Part shown: positions 25,098 through 35,596 of the stretch, piece after piece
Numbering within the stretch: the first letter of the stretch is position 1
Layout: each line of letters begins with the position of its first letter
IMG/VR virus record: IMGVR_UViG_3300045988_022876
Length of the DNA stretch: 45,593 nucleotides
Source: a virus
Strand: one strand, 5' to 3'
Notes under the pieces: generated by a model
The model's input: the letters and a program-made list of their open reading frames with translations, nothing else
What the model was told of the DNA's origin: nothing
Databases searched by the model: none
Made by a program: the position numbers and the translations under genes

Positions 25098-27833
25098 ATG
25101 GCTTATGCCGATGGTACTGTTATTATTGATACAGAACTAGATACTGACGGTATACAAGCCGGAAGTAAGGAAGTAGAAGCAAGACTTAGAAATCTTGCAA
25201 GAGAAGTAAATAATATCGGAGCAACCGCAAAAGCAGCACTGAATAAACAGATAGACGCTTTCGCAAAACTTAACAACGAATATGCCGCACAGGAACAGAA
25301 AGTTGAGAGTTTGCGGAAAAAGGTTGCAGAATATGGCAACCAGAAGATTCCAACAGACGAATACAAGGAAATACAGGCGCAGATTGCAGAAGCCACAGCA
25401 AAGCAAAACCGCTTAATAGAAGCAAGGGACCGATACCTTGCAAATGGTGGAAAAACAAGCTCTGACACTTACAAAAAACAGACCTACGATATCGAAGAAC
25501 TTGCCAACACTATCAAATACGCAGAAGGCGAATTAAAAGACCTGGAAGAAAGAGGAAAAGCGTTCACGACCGGAATCGAAACAAAAGAAGCAAAAAAAGA
25601 CATAGAAAAGCTCGCACAGGCAGAGCGAAAGCTTGCCGATATGAATAATCGGTTAAAAACGTCTTATGACGACATAACCAGCAAAGCAGAAGAGTACGGG
25701 GAAAAAGCAGAAAAAGCAAACAATAGGTCAAAAGTTTCCGCAAAGAAAGCATCTGGAGAATTAGACAAAGTTTCCAAGTCATCCGGCCGAGCAAGAATTG
25801 GACTCGGGCGAATGCTTGCCATGTCTCTCATGATGAGCGTTGCGTTCCGGGCGTTTTCTGCAATCTTCGGTGGAATCAAGAGCGGATTTGACAATCTTGC
25901 ACAGTATTCCGGCACGACAAACCAGAGTATCTCGATGCTGTGGTCAAGCCTTGTCAGGCTTCAGAACGCATTGGCTACTGCATTTGCTCCTATTCTTACA
26001 GTAATAGCACCTATCTTAACGAAATTTATAGATATGTTGTCTACCGCGGCAAGCTATGTAAGTATGTTCTTTTCTTTCCTATCTGGAAAGAGTACATACA
26101 CAAGGGCGATAGCGGTACAAAAGAATTATGCTGCAAGTCTAGGAGATACGGCATCGGCAGCGAAAGACGCAGCTGACGCTACAGAAGATGCAGCAAAAGC
26201 TGCAGAGGACTATCTTTCGCCGTTGGACGATATCAACAGGTTTACCGCTGAAGATTCTTCCTCTAAATCGCCGTCTATTGGCAGTAATGGATCCGGTGGT
26301 GGCGTTGGTGCAACGGGACCGATGTTCGAGGACGTAGCGATCACAGATATTCCTATCCTTGAAAAGCTAAAAGACATTCTTTCGCAGATTTTCAAACCTT
26401 TTAAGCAAGCATGGGCGCAAGAGGGAAAAGCTACTATAGATGCAGCAGAATTAGCTTTTACCAACTTAAAAAGCCTTGCGAAGGACGTTGGTAAAAGTAT
26501 GTTGGAAGTCTGGACAAACGGAACTGGCACACAGCTGTTATCCACTACATTACAGATTGTACAAGCGATTCTGACCACGATTGGGCGGATAGCCGGAAAG
26601 CTCGATGAAGCTTGGAACAAAAACAGTGTAGGTACCGCAATTATACAGGCGATTGCAGACATCTTACAAAAGATACTGGATTTCGTGAACCGTATCGCAT
26701 GGGCGACAGCAGACTGGGCGGCAAAGCTTGACTTTTATCCGCTTCTGGATTCCATCCGGCAGTTATTGGAGTCGGTCAGTCCGCTTGTGGAGAAGATTGG
26801 AAATTTCCTCGGCAACGTATATGAAAAAATCATACTTCCATTTTTGACATGGCTTATTGAAACAGGATTGCCGACAGTTATAGAATGGCTCGGAAAATTC
26901 TTTGACTTCCTTTCAGAACATCAATGGATTATTGATTTGTTGGGTGCAACTCTGATTGGAGCATTTGCAGCGTCAAAAATAGTACCACTCATTCTTTCCA
27001 TTAAAAACGCTGTAGAAGTTTTGATGGCTATTATTGGAGAAAAAGGATTTATCGGCTTACTCGGTGGACCATTGGCAGTTGCGATAGCTGCAACTATAGC
27101 TATTCTGATACTTCTTGTAACGCATTGGGATACCGTGAAAAATACAATGAACGCCATAAAAGACTGGATTGCAAATGCGTTTGTTCGTGACTGGAAAAAA
27201 GAGTTCGGATATCTCGGGGAATACTTAAATGCGTGGTTCAAAAATATCAAAAATTTATGGGATGGCATAAAGCAGATATTTAACGGAATCATTACATTTG
27301 TAAAGGGGGTATTTACTGGGAATTGGCGGCAAGCTTGGGAGGGAGTACGGCAGATATTCGCCGGAGTTTGGAACTCATTTGATGCAATTGTAAAAGCTCC
27401 GATCAACGCGGTTATAGCTTTTATAAATAGTTTCTTGTATGCGATACAGGTTATGCAAAACTCTTTCGCAAACGCGCTAAACTCCATGAGTATCAGCTTA
27501 CCACACTGGCTCGAAAAACTGACCGGTTTTAGTTCGGTCGGATTCAATGTTGGATATTGGAGTGCGCCGATGGTTCCATATCTTGCACAGGGAGCTGTTA
27601 TCCCACCGAATAAAGAATTTATGGCAGTCCTCGGAGATCAGAAGAACGGTAATAATATCGAAGCACCGGAAAGCCTGATCCGCCGGATTGTAAGGGAAGA
27701 AAGCGGAAATGGTAAGGGCAGCACGTACAATGTAACCGCACAAGTAAACAGAAGAACATTGTTCGATCTCGTCCTGGAAGAGGGAAAAGTGAGAAGAACG
27801 GTAACTGGAAGAAACCCGTTTGAAACGGTTTAG
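25098..27833 (+). CDS. Tape measure protein
   Basis: 911 aa. Coiled-coil N-terminus and multiple hydrophobic segments. Confidence 0.9.
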   Translation: MAYADGTVIIDTELDTDGIQAGSKEVEARLRNLAREVNNIGATAKAALNKQIDAFAKLNNEYAAQEQKVESLRKKVAEYGNQKIPTDEYKEIQAQIAEATAKQNRLIEARDRYLANGGKTSSDTYKKQTYDIEELANTIKYAEGELKDLEERGKAFTTGIETKEAKKDIEKLAQAERKLADMNNRLKTSYDDITSKAEEYGEKAEKANNRSKVSAKKASGELDKVSKSSGRARIGLGRMLAMSLMMSVAFRAFSAIFGGIKSGFDNLAQYSGTTNQSISMLWSSLVRLQNALATAFAPILTVIAPILTKFIDMLSTAASYVSMFFSFLSGKSTYTRAIAVQKNYAASLGDTASAAKDAADATEDAAKAAEDYLSPLDDINRFTAEDSSSKSPSIGSNGSGGGVGATGPMFEDVAITDIPILEKLKDILSQIFKPFKQAWAQEGKATIDAAELAFTNLKSLAKDVGKSMLEVWTNGTGTQLLSTTLQIVQAILTTIGRIAGKLDEAWNKNSVGTAIIQAIADILQKILDFVNRIAWATADWAAKLDFYPLLDSIRQLLESVSPLVEKIGNFLGNVYEKIILPFLTWLIETGLPTVIEWLGKFFDFLSEHQWIIDLLGATLIGAFAASKIVPLILSIKNAVEVLMAIIGEKGFIGLLGGPLAVAIAATIAILILLVTHWDTVKNTMNAIKDWIANAFVRDWKKEFGYLGEYLNAWFKNIKNLWDGIKQIFNGIITFVKGVFTGNWRQAWEGVRQIFAGVWNSFDAIVKAPINAVIAFINSFLYAIQVMQNSFANALNSMSISLPHWLEKLTGFSSVGFNVGYWSAPMVPYLAQGAVIPPNKEFMAVLGDQKNGNNIEAPESLIRRIVREESGNGKGSTYNVTAQVNRRTLFDLVLEEGKVRRTVTGRNPFETV

Positions 27834-27843
27834 GAGGTATTAG

Positions 27844-28227
27844 ATGGCACAAAATCATTTGAAATTTGGAACATACACGCCAACAGATCCAGACTCGGAC
27901 GGATACCAGGTATCATTTGCCACAACCTCTTCTGATAAATCCGGGCGAACAATGCGAGGAAACATGAAGAATGCGGTGCTGTTCACGGTTGAAGCGTACA
28001 ATCTTAAATGGACGGACATCGATGCAACGGTAGCAAGCCGCATTTTGAAAGAAGTAATGGGAAAAGACGAATTTGACTTTTACCATTTCAACGTTTACAC
28101 GGCAATGTGGGAAACTGGAAAATTCTATGCTGCAAATTTCAACGCACCGGTGATTAGCATAGAAGATGGAAAAGAAAAATTAAGTGAATTGAGCTTTCAG
28201 GTTACTGGAATGAATCCGGTATTGTAA
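27844..28227 (+). CDS. Distal tail protein (small)
   Basis: Position directly after the tape measure gene. Confidence 0.5.
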   Translation: MAQNHLKFGTYTPTDPDSDGYQVSFATTSSDKSGRTMRGNMKNAVLFTVEAYNLKWTDIDATVASRILKEVMGKDEFDFYHFNVYTAMWETGKFYAANFNAPVISIEDGKEKLSELSFQVTGMNPVL

Positions 28228-28237
28228 GGAGAATGGG

Positions 28238-30730
28238 ATGAAAAACGCAAGTTCATTACTTAAAAAGTACATAAAAACAGGCGGCGCGTTCTATGCCTAC
28301 GCTGTGGTTACTCTGGCAACCGGAGAAAAGCTCACACTTACATCAGACAGGGATTTCATGATAAGTCCGAACAGTTACACGGAACAGGGCGGAAGTGATG
28401 GCTTTCCGCTCGGTGCAGCTGTCTCTAAGACAATCACACTGACGATAGATAATATCGATGAAAGATATTCTAAATATGATTTTTACTATGCAAGGATCGC
28501 ACTATATACAGAAACACAATATACAGAAGCATACAATGATTACCAAACACTTAGAGACATCAATAACGACGTAATAAAAGACGTTGAAAATGATCCGATT
28601 CTTACATTTGAGCCACACATAGAAAAAATGCAAGAGGGTGTATTTACCGTTCTGAATCCGGTTGCAATCGGTGACGTGATCGAGCTGACCGCCTACGATG
28701 ATATGTGGAAATCGGACAGGACATTCTCCACGCAACTGACTTATCCGACAACCGCGTTGCAACTTTTGCAGGAAGTTTGTACATCTTGCGGAATGGTTCT
28801 CGGAAGTCCGACCTTCAGAAACTCGGACTTTTCTATCAGTTCTGCGCCGGGAAAGACAACCGGACGGAAGATCATCGGCTATATCGCACAGTTAGCTTGT
28901 GGGAATGCAGTAATCCAAAACGGTATGCTTACCATCAAAACGCATGATTTTAGCGCATTTTCCGGCATTACAGATAGTACAAAACCAGAAAGCTTGAAAG
29001 AGGATTCTGGATATCACATTTTTGAAGATTTTGCATCTGATCCAGACATCGACACAGACAACGTGGTAATCACTGGAATCTCCACAGAAGTCGAAAGCAA
29101 AACGGGTGGAGATGCCGAAACAGTAATCAGCGGAACGGACGATTACTGCATCAAGATTACAAATCCGCTAATCAAAGGGAAAGAGCAGACAGTAGTCAAT
29201 TCCATAGCTGAAATTCTTGTAGGTGTGACGCTTCGGAAGTTTAGCGGCGACTTTTTCCCGAATCCGACAGTAGAATTTATGGATTTGGCTTGTGTAGTAG
29301 ACCGGAAAGACAAGGTGTACCGTACAATCGTAACAACACACGAATTTTCGTATCTCGGTGGATCATCTTTTAAATGCGATATCAATTCTCCAGAAAGACA
29401 GGCTGGCGAGTATTACAGCGAAGCAGCGGAAATCTACAATGGCATCAAAAAAGACGTTGCAAGCAATAAGAACAATATATCCAATATGCAGAATGCGATT
29501 GAGCTGCTAAACACAACACTCGAAAATGCTGCCGGGATGTATGAAAGCAACGCGAAGCAGCCAGACGGAAGTGTGGTGTCATTCATTCACGATAAGCCAA
29601 CACTTGCAGAATCAAAGGTGGTTATAAAGGTGACAGCCGAAGCAATCGGCTTGTCGAATGACGGTGGCAAGACTTATCCTTATGGAATCATACTGACAGG
29701 TGATTTGATTGCAAGAATCCTTTACACGGTAGGAATCAATGCGGATTATATTATATCCGGTAGAATTTCGTCAAAAACCGGAAAAGTTTTTTTCGACTTA
29801 GACAATAACGTTCTTTCGTGCAACAAAATAGTGAGTAGTGAGGATGGAACATCGTCTGATATTACATCGGTTATAGGTGCAAGCTATGTTGGCGGTAGCA
29901 CTGATACAAGTGGTTATAAAGTACACGGATTGAATACATTCCATCCCGGAATGTCGAGATATGGCATAGTAATACAACCCGGAAACAATGATGAAATTCC
30001 AACTATCATAACCGGTGGAGATTCATTTTCTGTAAAAGCAGAAAGAGACAAAGATTTGGAGATCCGTAGTGGTGGAATACAACTGACAAAAAATGGATAT
30101 ATGTTTTTGGCTGGTGGTTGCAGCGAAAACCTTTTTAGCGATTCGTGGATTGAAAGTAATGCATACAATAGCCAATACGGGAATATAATTATTCAACCTA
30201 GCTACACAATAAGCGGTTCTACATTTAGATCTAACGGTATGGTGAACATCAATGGATCCGTTACTATGCACGGTGCATACATGGACATTTCCGGAAACCT
30301 TACTGTTAGTGGCTCGAAAAACAGAGCAGTCGACACTGAAAGCTACGGGAAAAGACTTTTAAATTGTTACGAAACACCATCACCAATGTTCGGAGACGTT
30401 GGTGATGGAATACTGGATAATAGTGGAAAATGCTATATAAATATAGACCCCATATTTTTAGAAACAATTGCAAGCGGTTGCAAATATCAAGTTTTCCTAC
30501 AGAAAAACGGAGAAGGTGATATATGGGTTGAGGAACGATGTCAAACATACTTTATTGTCAAAGGCACTGCAAATTTAAAGTTTTCGTGGGAAATCAAGGC
30601 GTTACAGAAAGAATATGAGTACGAAAGGATAAATCAGTATAGCGTAGAAGAGGACAATATAATTGATTATGGAGATATCGGAGCAATGATGTATCAAAAG
30701 TATTTGGAAGAAATGCAAGTGGAGGTATAG
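28238..30730 (+). CDS. Tail tip / tail-associated (endopeptidase-tail family-like) protein
   Basis: 830 aa, and position. Confidence 0.7.
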   Translation: MKNASSLLKKYIKTGGAFYAYAVVTLATGEKLTLTSDRDFMISPNSYTEQGGSDGFPLGAAVSKTITLTIDNIDERYSKYDFYYARIALYTETQYTEAYNDYQTLRDINNDVIKDVENDPILTFEPHIEKMQEGVFTVLNPVAIGDVIELTAYDDMWKSDRTFSTQLTYPTTALQLLQEVCTSCGMVLGSPTFRNSDFSISSAPGKTTGRKIIGYIAQLACGNAVIQNGMLTIKTHDFSAFSGITDSTKPESLKEDSGYHIFEDFASDPDIDTDNVVITGISTEVESKTGGDAETVISGTDDYCIKITNPLIKGKEQTVVNSIAEILVGVTLRKFSGDFFPNPTVEFMDLACVVDRKDKVYRTIVTTHEFSYLGGSSFKCDINSPERQAGEYYSEAAEIYNGIKKDVASNKNNISNMQNAIELLNTTLENAAGMYESNAKQPDGSVVSFIHDKPTLAESKVVIKVTAEAIGLSNDGGKTYPYGIILTGDLIARILYTVGINADYIISGRISSKTGKVFFDLDNNVLSCNKIVSSEDGTSSDITSVIGASYVGGSTDTSGYKVHGLNTFHPGMSRYGIVIQPGNNDEIPTIITGGDSFSVKAERDKDLEIRSGGIQLTKNGYMFLAGGCSENLFSDSWIESNAYNSQYGNIIIQPSYTISGSTFRSNGMVNINGSVTMHGAYMDISGNLTVSGSKNRAVDTESYGKRLLNCYETPSPMFGDVGDGILDNSGKCYINIDPIFLETIASGCKYQVFLQKNGEGDIWVEERCQTYFIVKGTANLKFSWEIKALQKEYEYERINQYSVEEDNIIDYGDIGAMMYQKYLEEMQVEV

Positions 30731-30732
30731 AA

Positions 30733-30933
30733 ATGAAGATACTGACGAGTTATACAAAGTTCACGACAGGCGAGGGAGAAAGAGTTACGTTTACATATTC
30801 AGAAGTGTCTGATAAAGGAGAACTCATAAGCCAAAACAATAGAGGAAACTTTATTGCTATTGATAGCGAACTTTTGAAACACATAGAAGCTGTTGACAAA
30901 TATATCAGCAACAACTATCTCAAGGAGGACTAA
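30733..30933 (+). CDS. Hypothetical protein
   Basis: 66-aa ORF with GGAGG SD. Confidence 0.6.
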   Translation: MKILTSYTKFTTGEGERVTFTYSEVSDKGELISQNNRGNFIAIDSELLKHIEAVDKYISNNYLKED

Positions 30934-30935
30934 TC

Positions 30936-31700
30936 ATGGCGAAATGGGATGAATACGGCTTAAAAGCTGGCACGTCTGCTAGAGATGAAGTCTTGATAAA
31001 GGATTCCGACACAAACACAAACAAGCGCATCACCGTTGGGGATATCCAGGAATTTGCAAACGACAAGATGCTCGAAAAAGAAAACGCCACGCTGAACACC
31101 GAAGCAAAAACCTTGATCGGCGCGATTAACGAAGTGGATGCCAAAAATGATGCCCTCGAAAAGGATAAAAAAGCCATAGAAGCTGCTCTGGAAAATGAAA
31201 AAAATGAACGGACTGCGGCTGATACAAAGGAAAAATCAGAGAGACAGGCTGAAATTGACGTTGAGCGAAAGAGAATCAATAATGTCTATGCAAATAAGCT
31301 TGTGACTTTGGATGAAATCGACCTTGTAACAGAAGAAGGATTTTTCGTGGATGCACTGGCAGTTAAAGAGTTAGATAATAAATTAAAAAATGCAGAGACA
31401 ACGATGAACAATAATTTAAAAAGTTTATTGTCTGAAAAGCAGGTAACGGTAAAGAGTAATATAAACGTTGGCGCAGGAAAGGATTTTGAATATTACATTA
31501 AAGCACCAACAGTGAGTGGATATACTCCAGTCGGCATTATTGGTTACGATTTGGTTGGAAATTGGGATGTATGGATTAATATTTCCTCATGCTATTACAA
31601 TAGTGAAACTAATTTGATTTACACAAAAGGACATAATTTTGGAACTGGTGCAAGTAACGCATTGTTAAATACATTCGTTTTATACAAAAAGAACTTGTGA
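30936..31700 (+). CDS. Tail fibre / receptor-binding protein candidate
   Basis: Coiled-coil middle region, globular C-terminus, and position. Confidence 0.55.
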   Translation: MAKWDEYGLKAGTSARDEVLIKDSDTNTNKRITVGDIQEFANDKMLEKENATLNTEAKTLIGAINEVDAKNDALEKDKKAIEAALENEKNERTAADTKEKSERQAEIDVERKRINNVYANKLVTLDEIDLVTEEGFFVDALAVKELDNKLKNAETTMNNNLKSLLSEKQVTVKSNINVGAGKDFEYYIKAPTVSGYTPVGIIGYDLVGNWDVWINISSCYYNSETNLIYTKGHNFGTGASNALLNTFVLYKKNL

Positions 31701-31833
31701 AAAACTAGAGCTGTAAGCATTATATGAGTATGAGGAATGTAATTTAGGAAAGCAGAAAAGACATTGGTCGGGTGTTTTTGCTATGCGCTTTTATATATGT
31801 AACTTTATCAACCAGTCAAAGGAGGAAATAACG

Positions 31834-32526
31834 ATGAATATACTTTTTTTAGACAAGAAAGAACCAGTTGAAGGAAAAGTGGTCAAACAAGATGATTCAC
31901 ATATTCTAATTGAAGGGGTAGAGAAAAACACTTCTGGGTTTCGAATACTTACAGAGAAAGGATGTGTTTTTGGTAAGTATGAAGAGTTTACTACGCTTTA
32001 TAAAGAAGAAGAAAACGGATTTATTCTGTCTAGTGACGGAAGTGTATATGTAGAACCAGAACCAGAGCCAGAACCAGAACCAGAGCCAGAACCATATGAG
32101 CCAACTTTGGAGGACTTGCAAGAATCTAAAGTAGCTGAAATGAACATGGCACAACAGGAAACTATTGCTACAGGTGTGGATGTCGTTCTTACGGATGGAA
32201 TTACAGAACATTTCTCATTGACCGAGCGTGACCAGACTAGCCTTGTTGGATTACAGGCTCAGGTCGCAATTGGAGCTGATAATATTCCCTGGCATACTTC
32301 CGATGAAGATGAACACTGCAAATTTTATAGCAATGCAGATATGGCAAAAATCACTTCGTCTGCACTATCCTATGTAACATGGCACGTAACATATTTCCGT
32401 GACTTACGCATTTACATCCGTTCGCTGAAAAGCAAGGAAGATGTAGAAAAAGTCACTTACGGAATGAATATTCCAGAAGCGTACCAGTCCGAGCCATTAA
32501 AAGCAATGTTGGCTCAAAAATCATGA
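31834..32526 (+). CDS. Tail-fibre-associated protein with (EP)7 linker (DUF4376-like C-terminus)
   Basis: ATG sits 8 nt after AAAGGAGG. The gaacca/gagcca x7 repeat at 32054-32095 encodes EPEPEPEPEPEPEP. Confidence 0.6.
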   Translation: MNILFLDKKEPVEGKVVKQDDSHILIEGVEKNTSGFRILTEKGCVFGKYEEFTTLYKEEENGFILSSDGSVYVEPEPEPEPEPEPEPYEPTLEDLQESKVAEMNMAQQETIATGVDVVLTDGITEHFSLTERDQTSLVGLQAQVAIGADNIPWHTSDEDEHCKFYSNADMAKITSSALSYVTWHVTYFRDLRIYIRSLKSKEDVEKVTYGMNIPEAYQSEPLKAMLAQKS

Positions 32527-32933
32527 AGAAGTTAAGACCGCTGATTCTGTTTCTGATTGGTGGTCTAATCTATGTATTTATCGAACTTACTGCAAGAGGA
32601 CGCAGCCACTGGACGATGTTTGTAGTCGGAGGATTAGCGTTCTTCTTGGTTGGATGCATAAACGAGAAATACCGAAAGATGCCACTGGTTAAACAGATGG
32701 CTATAGGAGCGATTGTGATTACAACGTTAGAGTTTTTGTGTGGATACATCGTAAATCTATGGCTAGGTTGGAATGTATGGGACTACAGCAATATGCCACT
32801 AAATCTATTTGGCCAGATATGTTTGCCGTTTACAGTGCTATGGTTCTTTCTATCTGCTGTAGCCGTGATATTAGACGATTGGATAAGACATATATTGTGG
32901 AAAGAAAAAATGCCACATTATAAATTATTTTAA
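32523..32933 (+). CDS. Polytopic membrane protein (DUF1113-like)
   Basis: Four hydrophobic segments, located upstream of the holin. Confidence 0.6.
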   Translation: MKKLRPLILFLIGGLIYVFIELTARGRSHWTMFVVGGLAFFLVGCINEKYRKMPLVKQMAIGAIVITTLEFLCGYIVNLWLGWNVWDYSNMPLNLFGQICLPFTVLWFFLSAVAVILDDWIRHILWKEKMPHYKLF

Positions 32934-33021
32934 ATTCAATCTCGAAAAACATAAATAAGAACAATACTCAACTAAAGGAATCCTTAACGGATTAATCAAT
33001 TACAGAAAGGAAATTGATATT

Positions 33022-33315
33022 ATGGAACAGATTATGAATTATGTAAAACCAGAGCTTGTTGTTGTAGCGATCGCACTGTATTTTATCGGAGTCTGCTTAA
33101 AAGAAGTGCAGACCGTAGCGGACAAATACATACCGGCAATCCTTGGAGTGATCGGGATTGTGATCTGCGGTATCTACGTGGTAGCAACTTGCGACCTTAA
33201 AGGTACACAAAATATTGCAATGGCTATTTTCACAGCAATTGTACAAGGAATTTTAGTGGCTGGACTAAGCAACTATGCCAACCAGTTAATCAAGCAGATG
33301 AATAAGGACGAATAG
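33022..33315 (+). CDS. Holin
   Basis: 97 aa, three hydrophobic segments, charged C-terminus, immediately upstream of the endolysin. Confidence 0.8.
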   Translation: MEQIMNYVKPELVVVAIALYFIGVCLKEVQTVADKYIPAILGVIGIVICGIYVVATCDLKGTQNIAMAIFTAIVQGILVAGLSNYANQLIKQMNKDE

Positions 33316-33335
33316 ACAGACGAAGCTATTTGTTT

Positions 33336-33369
33336 GACCGCCAAAAGTTAGCGGTAGAAAGGAAATGTT
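33336..33369 (+). promoter_or_regulatory. Late-gene leader element, copy 4
   Basis: ccgc-N9-gcgg hairpin, then TAGAAAGGAA, then ATGGC. Confidence 0.6.
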
Positions 33370-34413
33370 ATGGCATTAAACGGAATTGATATTGCAAGTT
33401 ATCAGACAGGAATTGACCTCAGTGTAGTACCGTGCGATTTCGTAATTGTAAAGGCAACAGAGGGAACAGGCTACGTGAACCCGGATTTCACAAGAGCTTA
33501 CGCACAGGCTAAGAACGCCGGAAAGTGTCTCGGCATCTACCATTATGCGACTGGTGGAGATTACCAGAAAGAAGCAGATTACTTCCTTGATATGATCGGA
33601 AAACGTGTAGGTGAAGCAATTCTCTGCCTTGACTGGGAGGGGCAGAACAACCCGGCGTTCGGTAACTCCGATTTTGCTTGGTGTAAATCGTGGCTTGACT
33701 ATGTATACCAGAAAACAGGCGTAAGACCTCTCTTGTACTGTTCGCAGTCTGTAGCCTATAAATTCGCTAATATCGGCAATTACGGACTCTGGATTGCACA
33801 GTACGCAGATATGAACGCCACAGGCTATCAGGACAAGCCTTGGAACGAGGGAGCTTATAATTGTGCTATCCGGCAGTACAGCTCATGCGGTAGATTGAAT
33901 GGATGGGGCGGTAATATCGACCTGGATAAATTCTATGGCGACAAGGACGCATGGAACAAATACGCCGGAAAAGGAAACACAACCAAACCGGCAGAAACAC
34001 CGAAACCGACAGTGAATACTCCGAGCGGATCCACGCTCGATCTGGTTGTTGGAGTCATGCAAGGAAAGTACGGTAACGGCAACAACCGCAAGAACGCCCT
34101 CGGAACACGGTATAACGAAGTGCAGAGCTTCATCGACCATATCTATTCTGCACCGGTAGATACACTGGTGAGCGAAACAAAATCCGGAAAATACGGAAAC
34201 GGGGACGTAAGAAAGGTTGCTCTCGGCAGCCGATATACGGAAGTGCAGAACAAGATCAACGCCGGATCAGCGCAGTATTACACGGTACAGTCCGGTGATA
34301 CGCTCTCTGGAATTGCATCCAGGTACGGAACAAGCTACCAGAAAATCGCACAGCTGAACGGAATCAGCAATCCAAATCTGATCTATGCCGGACAGAGATT
34401 AAGGGTAAAATAG
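33370..34413 (+). CDS. Endolysin: GH25 muramidase + 2x Cpl-7 repeats + LysM
   Basis: NGIDIASYQ...[10 protein letters not shown]. Two GKYGNG..R..ALG.RY.EVQ repeats. [18 protein letters not shown]...LIYAGQRL. Confidence 0.9.
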   Translation: MALNGIDIASYQTGIDLSVVPCDFVIVKATEGTGYVNPDFTRAYAQAKNAGKCLGIYHYATGGDYQKEADYFLDMIGKRVGEAILCLDWEGQNNPAFGNSDFAWCKSWLDYVYQKTGVRPLLYCSQSVAYKFANIGNYGLWIAQYADMNATGYQDKPWNEGAYNCAIRQYSSCGRLNGWGGNIDLDKFYGDKDAWNKYAGKGNTTKPAETPKPTVNTPSGSTLDLVVGVMQGKYGNGNNRKNALGTRYNEVQSFIDHIYSAPVDTLVSETKSGKYGNGDVRKVALGSRYTEVQNKINAGSAQYYTVQSGDTLSGIASRYGTSYQKIAQLNGISNPNLIYAGQRLRVK

Positions 34414-34422
34414 GCATAAAGA

Positions 34423-34454
34423 AAGACGGGTGGAATGATCTGCCCGTCTTTTAA
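34423..34454. terminator. Bidirectional terminator between convergent genes
   Basis: aagacggg/cccgtctt stem, 12-nt loop, T-rich on both strands. Confidence 0.7.
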
Positions 34455-34457
34455 ACT

Positions 34458-35024
34458 TTATTTATTTATCGCAAATTCGATATCCTTTAAGCTCCAGAAT
34501 CCCGGAGAAACTTTGATTTCAAATTTCTTAAAATCTGTAGGTACTTGATAAACAATAACACCATTCATTTTCTTTCCAGCTGCTACACTTCCGTCGAGCT
34601 GACCCTGATCTTTGGCTTCTGGTGCTTGCAATCCAATAATGTCTTGATTTAATGAATAATCGTCACAGTATGCTTCAAAGCAAGTCACAGAGCTGATGTT
34701 GATGTCACTTTTTGAATTGTTCTGGATGTCAAAATTTAAAATCAAAAACTCTTTTCCGTCATCTGGTTTGATGATGTCGGTTCCGGCTGATTCTGTTGCA
34801 GACACAAGTGTGATTGTAATGTCTTTAGATTCAACTGAATCACCGACTGCAAATACTTTCTGCTCCTCTTCTTTTTCCTCTGTGTCGTCTTTTTTTGCTT
34901 CTGTGCTTACGGCTGTTTCAACTTTCTTTGGTTTATCGTCACTTCCTCCGCCTATTGCTGATCCAATTGCTCCGATTGCTAAAACAGCAACTACGGCAAC
35001 AAGACAACCTGATTTTTTTGCCAT
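34458..35024 (-). CDS. Secreted/lipoprotein-like DUF4352 protein (moron)
   Basis: MAKKSGCLVAVVAVLAIGAIGS signal-like N-terminus after GGGAGG. Immunoglobulin-like DUF4352 pattern. Confidence 0.7.
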   Translation of the reverse strand: MAKKSGCLVAVVAVLAIGAIGSAIGGGSDDKPKKVETAVSTEAKKDDTEEKEEEQKVFAVGDSVESKDITITLVSATESAGTDIIKPDDGKEFLILNFDIQNNSKSDINISSVTCFEAYCDDYSLNQDIIGLQAPEAKDQGQLDGSVAAGKKMNGVIVYQVPTDFKKFEIKVSPGFWSLKDIEFAINK

Positions 35025-35073
35025 ATTCTTTTCCTCCCTCTGGCGTTCCTCTTCGCCATTTAGTATATCTTTC

Positions 35074-35101
35074 ATTATAATCTTGGTGGAAAATAAGTCA
35101 A
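35074..35101 (-). promoter_or_regulatory. Promoter TTGACT-16-TATAAT for the moron
   Basis: Minus strand: -35 at 35096-35101, -10 at 35074-35079. Confidence 0.6.
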
Positions 35102-35149
35102 TAGGGTAAAAGATGAATATTATCTACTTTTTGTGAATATATTAAAACA

Positions 35150-35169
35150 GACGGGCAATTATGCCCGTC
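35150..35169 (-). terminator. Terminator of repressor A transcript
   Basis: gacgggca/tgcccgtc 8-bp stem, 4-nt loop, followed by TGTTTTAAT on the minus strand. Confidence 0.6.
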
Positions 35170-35172
35170 CTG

Positions 35173-35550
35173 TTATCCGGCGAAAACACTTTTTAAGTAT
35201 TCTTTCAAGACCTTTCTTTGGTCTGGCGAAAGTTCAAGGTATTTCGCAATGATATTTTTGTCAACCTCATCAAGATTGAACTCTTCGGCAATTTCATCAA
35301 CAACGCTTGTAGGTGTGTTGCTAAACATATCGCCGTTTCCGTTGGCAAGCCATTCGTAATTTGCATTATAGGTTCTGCATATAGCATTTAACACTGTATT
35401 CGATGGATTACGTCTGCCTAATTCGTAATTTGCAATCGTGTTTCTGGCAGAACCAATACGTTTGCCAAATTCCTCTTGGCTAAGCCCTAATGACTCACGT
35501 AGCGATTTGATTCTTTCTTTCGTTTTGATCACCTCCTGTTCAATTATCAT
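35173..35550 (-). CDS. XRE-family repressor A
   Basis: HTH LRESLGLSQEEFGKRIGSARNTIANYELGRRNPS. Start is uncertain: ATG 35550 overlaps a -10 box, and the 88-aa upstream extension was rejected. Confidence 0.75.
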   Translation of the reverse strand: MIIEQEVIKTKERIKSLRESLGLSQEEFGKRIGSARNTIANYELGRRNPSNTVLNAICRTYNANYEWLANGNGDMFSNTPTSVVDEIAEEFNLDEVDKNIIAKYLELSPDQRKVLKEYLKSVFAG

Positions 35551-35576
35551 TATACCATGATTGTGTTCGGTGTCAA
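35549..35576 (-). promoter_or_regulatory. Leftward promoter TTGACA-16-TATAAT
   Basis: Minus strand: -35 at 35571-35576, -10 at 35549-35554. Confidence 0.5.
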
Positions 35577-35596
35577 CAATTAAATGACATAAAGTG

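Noticed and set aside
32054-32095. gaacca/gagcca x7 microsatellite as a regulatory or phase-variable element
   Set aside because: It encodes an in-frame (Glu-Pro)7 linker between two domains of a tail-fibre-associated protein. This is an ordinary flexible linker, so only minor length variation is expected.
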